Under the pieces are notes generated by a model. It saw only the letters and a list, made by a program, of their open reading frames with translations. It did not search any database and was not told where the DNA came from. A DNA stretch of 63,994 nt, filler included, from Asterionella formosa (Eukaryota), in NCBI GenBank assembly GCA_002256025.1. It is 4 parts of 4 records of this genome, joined end to end, with 100 filler letters (N's around TTAATTAATTAA, not from the genome) between each part and the next. Parts side by side here need not be neighbours in the genome. Positions count along the whole stretch, not along the records: positions 30,096 to 60,087 come from NKIB01000939.1; 3 more parts are not named here. One strand, written 5' to 3'. Positions 48,004-60,187 of this stretch are shown here, piece after piece. The position numbers and the translations under genes were made by a program. The stretch's first letter is position 1. Every line of letters begins with the position of its first letter.

Positions 48004-48476
48004 ACAAGTCGACAGTGCACATACACACACGCTAATCAGGTTCGAGGCAATGGACAGTGGTTCCAACGAGCAAATGACTATACCACGACGGGTTCCAATT
48101 TTTCCAGCGGCAAACCGCAATGATGAAGGACACTTGTCCCTCAATTGATGAGGATGACACAGACACCGTTTTTTCCAGGAGCAAAGAGCAATGAAGAGAC
48201 CCACTTGTCGCTCTATTGATGGTAATAAAGATGTGAACGAGTTCAACAGTGCATACAAGAATAACATACCAATGAAAACAAGTCGACAGTGTGTGTACGC
48301 ACAGCACGCCAAGCAAGTTTGAGGCAACGGACCATTCCAACAAGCAAATGACGATACAGATATCAAATTTTCCTACAAGCAAACAACAATGAAGAGAGCC
48401 ACTTACTTTCGCTCTCTTGATGGTATCAAAGATGCGGACAAGTTCAATAGTAAATACAAGTACAGCATGCCAAATG
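48004..48476 (+). repeat. Diverged tandem duplication (unit ~276 bp)
   Basis: ACAAGTCGACAGTG...GAGGCAA.GGAC...AGCAAATGAC.ATAC and CAATGAAGAGA.CCACTT...TTGATGGTA..AAAGATG each occur twice (48004/48280 and ~48188/~48385). Confidence 0.8.
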
Positions 48477-50014
48477 CAGAAACGAGCGAGCGATATGAAA
48501 ATGAAATACATTCTAATCAGAATCTTTCTATAACTATAGCTATGTGGACAGTAGTCTGTTACGCACATTTTCGTATCTCCTTCTATGCTGAATCTCAATA
48601 GTAGATGTAGTATCATGTGAGAATTTAAATGTCAACGAGAACAAGTAGAATGTGTTTGTTTACGGGTTGATTGGCGAGATTGTAATGCTGGTGGTCGATG
48701 AAACGGATTTACTATGTGCGCTGTGTGCGGAACCATTACGAGTTTGAATGATTTCTTCTCTGTAAACTCTTAATTGAATGATTATGAACAAAGGTTCACT
48801 GCATTTGACGATTACTCAAAGATATAATGATCACTTGACCAATAATTGAAGACGTTATCGCAAACAATCATTCCACTTGTCATCGCTAGAATTTCGTTGT
48901 TACTGCAAAAATCAGAGTGATGACGGATGGAAATGACGAGCCAAAATACATGACTTTAGCTGGTACATTATCCTACCAGGAAATTCGAAAACAGGAATCT
49001 AATAGAATCAATAAATATAATAATAAAATATATGTAGTCAAAAGGGTTACTATTTAAATTACAAGGGCATTTATCAAAATTATTAGATGATATAACGAAA
49101 AATTATGATCAGAGGTTCACAATCCTATGATGCATCATGGAAATATGATAATTTTTAATTTGCTGACGTTTATAATTATTGTGAGATCTATAAACTATTA
49201 TTGCTGATCAGGCAGCCATCGTTCAACAATTCCACAAAGCAAAACGGCCATCGCCAATACAATCCAACGCATAAACAGAACTTACAAATAACCACAATGA
49301 ATGCGAGAATTGAGTCGAAAAATCCATCCAACTGCAAATCTCCCTCTTGAATGCAACAAAGATGAACATTGCCCAGGTCCGTAGTATGAAGATACCACAT
49401 AATATACTTTGAAATAAGATGGTGGCGTTGCAACAGATCAGTAAGTATCCGACCCAACCTAATTAAAAACGCACACAGCCGAAAGAAATGAATTCAAATC
49501 AAATAATGAACCGATGACTGTCAAAACACAGATCAATCGGAACCCGGAGAATACCGCCGACCATATACCTACAAATATTGATGGTCCACATATTATTCAC
49601 ATATATATATACCATATACTTACCAATAAGTGTAGACTAAATAAATACATGCCATTAGGGTACAGTTTCACACAAAGAGGCTGACTACCCGGTAAAATCT
49701 AGAGTATTATTAGTGAGTTTTCTGCTCAAAGGATTGATGATTTGCAGCACTAAGTTCTTCGCCTGGTCTGATGGGCGACACTTCTAATTGGCTCCCAAAT
49801 AATGTTAGCACATAGTAGAAGATATCACATAATATCCAAAGGACATTGGGTTTTGCCAATATGGTTCAACACGCCATCCACCTTTTACTGCAGTGCAATA
49901 GCATCGTCCAATAGCATCCCACATTGATAATGGAAAAACTAGAACATAAAACGGCTTCTCATACAGACTATCTAACGTCTGATTTTACTGTTCGTTTTTA
50001 TGTGTGAGGGGCGT

Positions 50015-51010
50015 CTACATGATGTACTTTTTCAGCTCATTGACGAGCTCACCAACCTCAGGATCATTCTGATATTTCAGAAAGGCAGCAGGGTTGGACA
50101 TGCATTCTTGAAGGGCTGCCATGATTTTGGGATTCGATTGAGCCTTGGCCATGATCTCGCGAACCTTTGGATTTTTTAGCATTTCTTGTGCCTTGCCCAT
50201 TACATCACCGCCACCACCCATGCCTCCGAATGGATTTGCTCCACCGCCCATGCCGCCAAAGGGATTTGATCCACTACCCATTCCCATATTCTTCAGCATA
50301 TCAGCTATACCTGCCATACCACCCATATCTGGCATTCCGCCACCCCCAAAGGGACTTTGTTGTTTTACTTCTGGCTGTTCTGATTGCCGTTTTCGTGGAC
50401 CTGAGCTATCGTCCGTCAAAACCTCCACGTTGGCATATTCGGCATAACCTTCTCCTCCACTACTGCTACTACTGCTATTTCCAGAAGAATTCTTCTTTGG
50501 AATGCCATCAACCCGAGCAATGGCGAGCGCCTTCACGAATTCAGATTTTTCGAAAAATGACTTGGTGGAGATGCCCATATTTTCCAACTCTTTCTTGATT
50601 TCACCTGCCTTCATGGCGTTGCATGCCTCCATTTCTTGGGCTAATCTGTTATCTCGTGAAGAGTTACTGCTGCTTGGGGGAGGACTGGCACTTCCATCAG
50701 TTGACGGACTGCTCGAAGTGGAAGTTGTCGTCGAACTTGCTTCTGGTGCTTTGGGTGTTCGTCCTTCTGATCGAGCTTGCCTGAGTGCGTCTATAAGTTC
50801 TTTCTTTTCCAAAAAGCTTTTTGTGGATATACCATACGATTCCAATTCCTTTTTAATATCACCTGCTCGCATCTCTTCGACATTTTGGCTGGTGGTGGAC
50901 CAGAGTCTAGCGTTGCGGCCAAATCGTGGAACGGATCCAACAGTAAAGGCGGAAGATCGCGAGACTAGTAGAGCCAAAACAGCGAGACGCTTGGATGAAG
51001 CAATAATCAT
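50015..51010 (-). CDS. Plastid-targeted STI1-domain co-chaperone-like protein
   Basis: Presequence MIIASSKRLAVLALLVSRSSA-FTV. Two M.AG.IKKELE..GISTKSF.EK.E...AL repeats, a GGM-rich linker and C-terminal STI1/DP-like NPKIMAALQECMSNPAAFLKYQNDPEV. Confidence 0.85.
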   Translation of the reverse strand: MIIASSKRLAVLALLVSRSSAFTVGSVPRFGRNARLWSTTSQNVEEMRAGDIKKELESYGISTKSFLEKKELIDALRQARSEGRTPKAPEASSTTTSTSSSPSTDGSASPPPSSSNSSRDNRLAQEMEACNAMKAGEIKKELENMGISTKSFFEKSEFVKALAIARVDGIPKKNSSGNSSSSSSGGEGYAEYANVEVLTDDSSGPRKRQSEQPEVKQQSPFGGGGMPDMGGMAGIADMLKNMGMGSGSNPFGGMGGGANPFGGMGGGGDVMGKAQEMLKNPKVREIMAKAQSNPKIMAALQECMSNPAAFLKYQNDPEVGELVNELKKYIM

Positions 51011-51608
51011 AGCTATTGCACTGATTTTAAATGGAATGCAATAATGTTTGATGTAACAATGGAAGGCGATATTATAAGAATGAATCATCATCCCTGCATA
51101 CGGACTTGCAAAAAAGAGGAGTATGTACTGTATGAATGTACAGATACCACGGTCCTGCTTTGTTTTGTGTACCTGGTAGCAGGTAGCAGGTATCTTCACC
51201 TGCAAGTGGTTGCGTTAATTTTGCTGAAACCATAACTTTAGCTATCTTTATCCCATATTAAATCCCGGTACCGGTAGTTTATATGAGCAAAATGACCGCA
51301 ACTCGTTGGGTACAAACGGTGTTGACACACCGGTAGCAGCAAGTTGCGGTCATTTTGCTGACATTGATAACGTGACGCAGGATGCGCGTTTAATGACATA
51401 GAAAACGTCATAAATTCAATCTTTGAAATCGTCAGTAGCACAAGCACGTTTTCCGTTTATCCTGGGTACCGCAATAGTACCGGCATGTATTTGCAATATC
51501 ATACATATATCACATGTCAAATATTTACTTACTGTGTATGGCTATCGTACATAGCTAAAATGCTGGTACAAATTTTCAGGGTAATCGATCGAGGTAGCCA
51601 TTGTTTAA

Positions 51609-54600
51609 GGTTCCTGCATTTCAACCCTAGTTTAGAGGTAGGGTTTAAAAAATAATACTGAGTCAGAGTACTCAAACACAGACTTCTTAGGAGTAAAACA
51701 TAAATGTGTATCGCTAAACGGAGCTTACACCAATATACACTCTTTCCATATAGGGGTACAGGTCAATGCTATATATCGTCAGGATATAGGATCTGGCGAG
51801 AAACTGCAGAAAAGAAATTCGGCTTTATAACTATGCAATAAAGACAAGAAATTTCGGGGGAAATCACTTTATTTGGCACCATAGTAAAAAAACCGAGTTC
51901 CTTTCTGCAGTTTCTTGCCAGAAGTTATATACTGATGCTACATCTAAGCCGCGAAATACGCCACTTTTCGAAATTTTTTCTACGTAGGAGTGTTAATTAT
52001 GTGGTACTTCACGTGAATTAATGCCACTCTTCCCGGAGAAAAGGTTACTTTTAACGGTTTCATGTGAAGATTTCACAAAAAACTATGAACTCGAGACTGA
52101 ATTAGTTGATGTTTCAAATAATTCATTTCAAAGTTCAACTAAGACCCTGCTCTCGTGGCTAATTCATTTACGACATGCATCTTCCTTTGTGAAATAGTAA
52201 GGATATTTGTGGTGTCTTAATTCATGCTACCAGGTACAGTTTATGGTTGTGCACTTCACGTAAATAATATTTACTGTTTTGCTGAACAAGATGACTCATC
52301 GTGGTTTCATGTGATGGCTGGTTCACAATCATACAGTTATTTCCATGGCAGGACTAGTTGATGTTACAACAAAACATTTTAAAAGTTCAAGATAAATTTT
52401 TTAAAGGATAAATCATTGCAAAAGATGACTTCACTACAAATTGTTTGATTGCAATCTGCCCTGAATTGATTGAGAAAAACGGAACGAAATGGATCTCGAG
52501 AAATATCGCGACATGATTCGTGATGTAAGCAACAACTAACCCTAATGAGGACAAAACAGGTACGGAACGAAACATTTAATATTGAATTTGAAATGCTTAA
52601 CTAAATATCTATTCGAATTAGAGTGTGTTATCGACTGCAAATCTTCGGAGTGCTATTGGGCATGAATTGATGGAGAAAATCGAAGCGATGTGGTTGTCGG
52701 CAAGTGGGTGCATGAAGCATATCAACAATCATCCTTACCATCGATATTGTCAGCATCCAATATGAATTCTCTTATTCTTTTACATAAACTATATTTCGTA
52801 TGAATTCTGAAGATACAAAACATATGGATAACATACCTGGTGTATTGTACATATGTCTGGAATGGCACCGTGATGCCGAGTGTGTTGACCTCAGCTAATG
52901 AATAGTAGGTATGGTACCTGGGACCAGGTACTGGTATACAAGGCCTACTCAGGGCTACTATGATACATACTACCAGGGCTAGTACCAGGGGAGTACCTGT
53001 TACCTGGTACCTTGTACCTTGGGTCTTTTGACGTTGCACTCAGATATACTAACAAATTGCTATACTGTATGGTACCACCAGGTACTCCTGGCTGGTAGGT
53101 ACCAGGTCATCGTTACAAGTGTGAGACTGTAGGTTTGCCCTTCCGGTATTTCCGTCTTTCCCTTCTTGTTACAATAGGAATTATTTCGTTCGTACTCAGA
53201 AACTGTACTCATTTCTACGTGCATACTGTGGAACTGCAGGTTTGCACTACCAGCATTGCTTCCCGTATTCCCCTTATTACAATAGAATATGGCGTTGGTA
53301 CTGTGAATATATTTAAGAGTAACCACTGGATGTGTCCTCTCCTTCTTGCCATACCGATATTTTGTTTAAGGTCACACTTGTAGCATCAAAAATTTTCCCG
53401 ACGAAGTAGGACTGCGCCAGGTTTTTTCATGTAGATTGTAGGTTCTGTTGGTACAAAGATGAAGTCATGGCTGCGCCAGGATTTTTGACCCTCTGAATTC
53501 ATAAAGACAACATTTAACCACCACTGTGCACCATATATGTTTTCAACATGGGGACGACCCTTAAAAGCAGCATCCTCTTCTAGCTTTTCAGCGCCTCACC
53601 ATTAACAAATCCTACATCAGCCAAGAACTCACATATTGTTTGTTGAAACAATAGAAGGTGAAATGACACAACATTGAGATCGTAAGCAATCGATGCTTTT
53701 AAGGTAAGATTTATTTGCTTGCTATTTTTGCTATTATATCACCAAGCGAGGGATAACTCATGATATGTCATGCTTTTGTTTTCAACATTCATTTGACATT
53801 TGAACAGGCCTTTTCAGAAAAGCAGTGTTCTTTGGAAAGTAGGAGTGATAGCAGATGAAATGACACAATATGGAGACCCGCAATGGAGGCCTTCAAGGTG
53901 AGCTTAATCTTCAGTTTTCATAATTGTAACAGCAAAGCGAGCGAAAAATCACGTGGTTCTGTTATTGTTCTCTACATTTATTTTACATTTTAGCCGTCCA
54001 TTTCACAACAGGAGCATTCTCTTGAATGCATCAGTGAGTTGCGGTGCTGCCTGGTGGCTGGCTAATGCCTGTGTTCTGCTGTCAATTTGACTGCTCCGTG
54101 AAACAGTTGAATAGCACATGTGTGTGTTGCTTTCTGCTGTTGCTAGTTCTATTAAATGAATTACTGACACACTGTTCTTTTGTAAATCTTTGTAGGTCAA
54201 TGAAGAAGTCATTTCAAGGACAAGGAGGAAGCCAGTGTGATACATTCCTGTTGCGATTTCGCACCATGATGCCTTTTCAAGAATGAATAATTTTTTCATT
54301 CAGAATGAACGGTTTCTGTTTGTCTTGCATTGTCCTTACAGACATCTCATGATGCCTGCCTTCTCAAGACTGAAGATGCCATTCTGAAAAAAAATCCTTT
54401 GTTTGATTGCATATCGAGATTTGTTTCCCATGTAATGTGAAATACCGGCAGTTGAATTAGAAATCAACATATTTGATTGTACTTTTAAATTACGTAAACA
54501 AATTTAATACATTACATGAACAAAATTATTATAAGGCAAAAAATGTGAACTAAATTACAGAATTAAGTGAAGTATTTCAAATAATTACGTGAAGTATTTC

Positions 54601-54980
54601 AAAAAATTATGTGAAGGTGATCACGTAATATAGTGATGATCAGGAATGCATGCATGATACTCTGATCAAATAATTAACGTGATGTATTCAGATAATATAT
54701 AGATATATTCAAGTAAGCATTTTGATGTATTCAACTAATTCATGTGATCAATTCAAAATCAACTAGGCTTATTTACGTGATGGTCACTTCACATAGTAAT
54801 ACGCGGCTTAGATGTATTTGAAGGTTACCTACTATGTATCTAAATCGGCCTCAGACCCAGCCAACGTTGAGCTGTTGTTGTCCAAAAATTCGACAAAATC
54901 GGCCTTTTCTACGGTCTCCGAAAGATCGGAAGCAGAACCACTTAGCACCGAAACGTCATCATTTGAATGGTAGTCTTGCG
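51609..54980 (+). mobile_element. Kolobok-like terminal region type D, copy 1 (51609-51940 + 54817-54980), split by element C
   Basis: Begins TTAA|GGTTCCTGC. The two halves are collinear with 55736-56228. Confidence 0.8.
51941..54814. mobile_element. Non-autonomous TIR element 'C' (2.9 kb) with TA TSD
   Basis: 13-bp perfect TIR CATCTAAGCCGCG / CGCGGCTTAGATG, TA on both sides, and the empty site visible at ~56066. CACGTG/CATGTG-like subterminal motifs. No transposase recognised. Confidence 0.9.
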
Positions 54981-55197
54981 ATGATTATATATGTACTGAT
55001 TGGCTATGGCGAAATACTCGACTCCGTTTGATTGTGGTGAGAGGAATTGCAAACCCACACCGGCCACATTGGATACACATGTAACATTTCTTTGGGTGTA
55101 CCGGTAGGCCGGTACTATATCCAGTTCGGGTACCAGTAGATTATCATCATTTGACATCATACGTGTGGTACCTGGTACCACTCGTTGATTGCACTTT

Positions 55198-55736
55198 TGC
55201 GAGGTCCGTTTTTTCCCAAAATATTTTTATGATGTACCTCAATCCACACATCACGTACAAGTAAATATAATAGTAAAAGGTTAAATTAGCTTTCACCATT
55301 ATGACCACTTTGCATATGCTTAGATAATGTCATTTCGCGACTTAGGGGTTATGATCTATATACAGATATGCTAAGGACCCCATTTCTGGAGAGAAGTGGC
55401 AGTTACATATCATAGATTCGTAGTAACTAGTGCTACTGTAAAAATAGTCAAAAAAGGGGCTATGAAGCTTTTCAAAAACTCTACGATACATAACTGCCAC
55501 TTCTCACTTGAAGTTAACTCCTGACGTTATAGGGTACCGGTACACGGCTATCTATTTTAATCGTCATGAATCCCCGTAGATGTAGAGCAATCCTCTTCCA
55601 AAAAGTCGACCCGATCGGCTTTTCCAACAGTTGCCAAAATATTGGAATCGGAATTTGTATGTGCTAAAATGTTCTCGTACACTTAGAGTCTTGCGTAGGT
55701 ATGTTTTGTTGCATAATTCACAGTCTTAAAAGACTC
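55198..55736 (+). mobile_element. Kolobok-like terminal region type B, copy 2 (truncated at both ends)
   Basis: Collinear with 29127-29660. Internal 15-bp perfect IR GAGAAGTGGCAGTTA (55391) / TAACTGCCACTTCTC (55491). Confidence 0.85.
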
Positions 55737-56229
55737 TAGCTCGAGGTAGGGTTAATAAAATAATATTGAGTCAGACTATCAAACACATCGTACTTTTCAC
55801 GGATAAATTTAATATGTTTAACGCTCAACAGAGCTTTCACCAATACACACCCTTTCCATACCCTTACATACAGTCTTCGGACAAAGTAGGGGTGTAGGTC
55901 CACTCTATATATTGTCAGTATAGTATAGGATCTGGTCAGAAAGGAACTTCGGTTTTTTAACTAGGCTAATAAGACTCGAAAATTCGGGGGAAAACTGTTT
56001 ACTTGGTATAGTAAAAAACCGAAGTTCCTTTCAGCAGTTTCTCGCCAGATGTTATATACTGTTGCTATTTCAAAGTTTCCTATGTATCTAAATCGCCTTC
56101 AGAACCAGCCAACGTTGAGCTATCATCGTCCAAAAATTCGACAAATTGGCCTTTTCTACGGTTGCCAAAATATCGGAATCAGAATTACTATGAGCCAAAA
56201 CGTCATCATCAGAATAGTAGTCGTGTGCC

Positions 56230-57930
56230 GAAATTTTTCATCTGTGTATCCAATGGATGATACAATGAAAGGAGCTTTCTCCTTCGATTTTTTTTGCCAA
56301 ATTTTTCATTAACCATTTGTATAATTTCGTTTCCTTTTCCTTATGATATTTTCCGTTACTAACACTTTTTCCAGACTTTACAGGACACCATGACTCAGAG
56401 TAGTAGTCGTGGCAACCAAACAAGTAGTTGATTGGTGCTTTGGAGGACACGGTGAATTCGGTTAGAGAGAGGTTCTGGTTTTTTCAATCCATGCTCCATA
56501 ATATATCTTTAGCAGGAGACAATCTGCTTTGAAAGGTCGCTCTACACAGGCTGGGCCATTGGATTTCAGAAAAGCAGGGCGGAGAAGAATGCGTATCCTG
56601 TGCGGTGGATTGGAAAGAAACCTTGGTTCTGGAATGTGTAGTGGAAGGCATCCTTTGTCAGGTTTTTTAACCATTTAATGTCCTTGGCCATTGAAAGTCA
56701 GACTGTAGATTTGATGATTCCTTATAGGACCATTTGGAGACAGCTCAAATTGTAGAATCATCATCACAGATGATTGTTGAGTAGATAACATTGTATTTAG
56801 TAATGGCATCAACAATCATTTCCACACCCACATCTGGTTCCATTGCCTTTGAACTTCCAGTTACATGATTCTTGGAGCAAACATAATGTTTAATAGGTTT
56901 CTTGTGCCGTATAGCCCTGTCGCACACATAACAGACCTTTGATGTTACTCGTGTAGCCACCAATACAGAATGCATGTCCACTTACGGAGTTGCATTTATT
57001 CCCACTGGATCGCTGCTGCCATCCCATATCATAAGTAACGGTGAGTTGCGGCATATTGAGTACAGACATGCGTTCTGTAACAGGTAGACTATTCCACCAC
57101 TGGAAATCTCGTCCTTTGTCAGCCCAATCGCCGCGTTCACGCACATTCAGTGTTTGATATATTTCCTCCCGACAAGCCTCTTCCATAGCAAGAGCTGTGG
57201 TTGCCACTTCCACCTCACCAAGTTTCTCTTCTACCGCAGTGAAATTACCTTGGGTTGACCAAAATCCAACTGCAAGAGGTAAGTTCATTGCGGAACAAAC
57301 AATGTCGGCGTTACCAGGTCCCAAGAATCCAGCTTCGTGACAACCAAGAATAAACTGCTGGTTGATTGCAAACTTTTTTGCTTCTTTTTCTTTATCTCAC
57401 CATGGTCTTCATCTTCGTTGTTGCAGCTTCTTGCAGATTCGAGTTTAGCAACCTGTTTTTGGCAGGTCAAACATGTTATTTTGATGGCACTTGCCAACCC
57501 GTAGGTCTCCGATGACACGACAATCAATGGTTGCATTACTGATTTTTCTTACAAGGCTTGTTCCAAGAAAGAGTCACATTTCTCTGCCATTGTAATGTGG
57601 TAGGCACTATTGTTTTGAAGATAAGTTACAAAGGCACGACAGTTTGTTTACTATATTCGTCAACAAATGTACTAACACATGTTCTGCAAAACACATTTTC
57701 CTGCAGCAATGTCGACAACGAAGGATAATCGATGACTTGATTCCTGCTTTGCTGAAAAGCTGGTTGAATGGTAGATGTGATTGTTGCAGGAGGAGGTTAT
57801 TTGATTGTAGGACACCACCAATTCTGATTTTCGTCGTTGACTATATTCTGACGTCCATGACCACCAACTCCAATTTCTGCTAAAAGACGGCCACCACTGG
57901 AGCGCGGTATGTTGCTTTAGTTGTCTATGT
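56230..57930 (-). pseudogene. Kolobok-type (often annotated 'Mutator-like') DDE transposase, disrupted
   Basis: Broken frames contain ETYGLASAIKITCLTC, VTYDMGWQQRSSG..NSVSGH, SKVCYVC, CSKNHVTGSSKAME, IICDDDST, FLSNPPHR and LFGCHDYYSESWC. Confidence 0.85.
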
Positions 57931-58114
57931 TGTTTGTTGTTATTACTGATGTGTTAAATTAATAAATTATAAAACAATGTTGACAAAATAATATAGAAAA
58001 CAAGAAGAGTACATGCCACCTCATTTCTAGATGATGAGTTTGAAACAACATACCTACTAAGAGGTGCATTGATGTAAAATATTCTATTGAAGTGAATGAA
58101 AATAATAAAGTAAA

Positions 58115-58591
58115 CTAATCACTACTACTAGATTTTGAACGTTTAGAAACAGGTTTGAAGCCAATGTACTCTTCGTTTCGGTCCTTGCTTTTCAATAGGG
58201 ATCAAACCTCCTTCAAACAACAGTCAGGAAGTTCCATGCGAACACGTTTTCCAAATGGTCCACAGTAAACTCTGATTAAAAACTTGTAGAGAAGATTGCG
58301 GGCTCTTGACGCCGTAATCTCTTCATCCTTCAGTTTGCTGAGAATGTTATCATCTTGTTCCAAGAAATTTTCCACCAACTCTTCGACTTCATCCCATTGG
58401 CACTGACATTCAGGGCATCCAAAATCACAGCATTCGCGGAAGATGCAACTCTCACATCCCTCCACATCTGACTCTACAATCAACCGGTCTTGACATGTTG
58501 GACAGGTATCATGACTGTAGTTGAATGGTTCAAACAAACAAAAATGATTTTTTAACGTTTATACTATATCTACATTGCTGAATGTAGACAT
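58115..58591 (-). pseudogene. KolX-like Cys-rich accessory protein (P2X7 ballast-like domain), two premature stops
   Basis: Cys cluster followed by RNLLYKFLIRVYCGPFGKRVRMELPDCCLKEV*SLLKSKDRNEEYIGF. This matches the R..Y.....G.LG...R..LP.C....IR.......Y.GF pattern. ATG at 58591 and final TAG at 58115 are in frame. Confidence 0.75.
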
Positions 58592-60187
58592 GATTTTGCT
58601 CAATGCCAAAACACATTATAAATCAGGAGTATGCCAACATGTACCATGCTCATGGTTCGTGTTTATGCGTTATATTGAATCTACGCTGATGTATGTTGGT
58701 TTCATAAAGATCAGCGCAGTTCCAGCAGAGTACCGGTAGTACATATTCTCGGTTCATGACGATGGAAGACTGGATGAAACTAGTACCGGTGTACCGGTAC
58801 TGATTTTACCTCCTGGTATGGTACATGTAATACGTGTGGTTCAAGTGTGGCTGGTGTGATTTTACAAGACCGGAATACTTCAGCCAATCTGGAGCAGGTA
58901 AGTAAATTCAATTCAACCAATCAGAATATGTGTAGTGATGCGGCAAAGTACCCTGGAGTCTTTTCGGACTGAGAGTAACATACCTACGCAAGACTCTAAG
59001 TCTGCGAGAACGTTTTGCACATACAAATTCCGATTCCAATATTTCGGCGACTGTTGAAAAAGCCGATCGGGTCGACTTTTTAGAGGAGGATTGCTCTACA
59101 TCTGCGGGGTTTCATCAAAATAAAAGTAGATAGCCGTGTACCCTATAACGTCAGGAGTTCAATTCTGGAGAGAAACTGCAGTTATGTATTGTAGATTTTT
59201 AGAAAAGCTTCATAGCCCCTTTTTTTTGTGACTATTTTTGCGATAGTTACGAATCTACGATACATAGTAACTGCAGTTTCTTTCCAGAAATGAGGTCCTT
59301 ACCATATCCGAAGATAGAACATACCCCTAAGTCGACCCATGACTGTATCTAAGCATGTGCAAAGTGGTCGTATTGGTGAAAGCTAATTTTACCTTTAACT
59401 ACAATATTTACTTGTACGTAATGTGTGGATTAAGGTACATCATATAATTATTTTGGGAAAAAGGACCTCGCAATGTGTAACTGCGGGGCTGCAACCTTAA
59501 GCTAGTAAGTATAAATTATTTAGCTCAAATGTTGCGATTTCTTTCTGTAAAAAAAACGCTAGAGTTCTTGTGCGCGGCTGCAGAATCCTGCATCATCATG
59601 CTGTCTCCGCCTTGTTGACCATCAGCCATACTAACTACTAGGTACCGGTATCGAAAATAACGAATTTCTCCATGGAAAATGAAAACGACGCTAGTATACC
59701 GGTAGTAGCTTTGGTACCGGTATGCTAGATGATAACTATAGTTGAAACACATAGAGATTCCTGATTCCTGATCAGGTTATGAGTGTCAATATATTTTCGC
59801 CTCCAGTGACCTGATTAGGAACATGTACCACAATCCACTAGATGATTGATTCAAGATTACATGGTTAAATATCGCGTGTAAAATGCCACAGTTGAGAGAG
59901 GAACTTTCCGGAGAAGTTCTCTCTAACCTGTTAATTGGACTCTAGAAGACGATCAGACCTACCTAGAAGCCAAATCAATAAATGATTGACTAGACAATTA
60001 CAGATATGTCCGCAACATCAAGGAACATTAAAGAAGCAAACTAGATATGATCTAGTTATGATTAACAGGATCATTCTGTAAGCAGTCNNNNNNNNNNNNN
60101 NNNNNNNNNNNNNNNNNNNNNNNNNNNNNNNTTAATTAATTAANNNNNNNNNNNNNNNNNNNNNNNNNNNNNNNNNNNNNNNNNNNN

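Larger units (their letters stand above)
55736..59496 (-). mobile_element. Kolobok-like DNA transposon (D end - transposase - KolX - B end)
   Basis: Right terminus ...GCAACC|TTAA (GG terminus next to TTAA), two diagnostic pseudogenes inside, and long terminal regions repeated elsewhere in the window. Confidence 0.8.

Noticed and set aside
47842..48616. 174- and 194-aa hydrophobic minus-strand ORFs
   Set aside because: They overlap the tandem duplication in different frames, start at non-ATG codons and have no recognisable domain.
2664..51010. Functional cluster of plastid-targeted or RNA-modifying genes (two pseudouridine synthases)
   Set aside because: The genes are dispersed, unrelated in family and interleaved with nuclear and cytosolic genes; compatible with chance.
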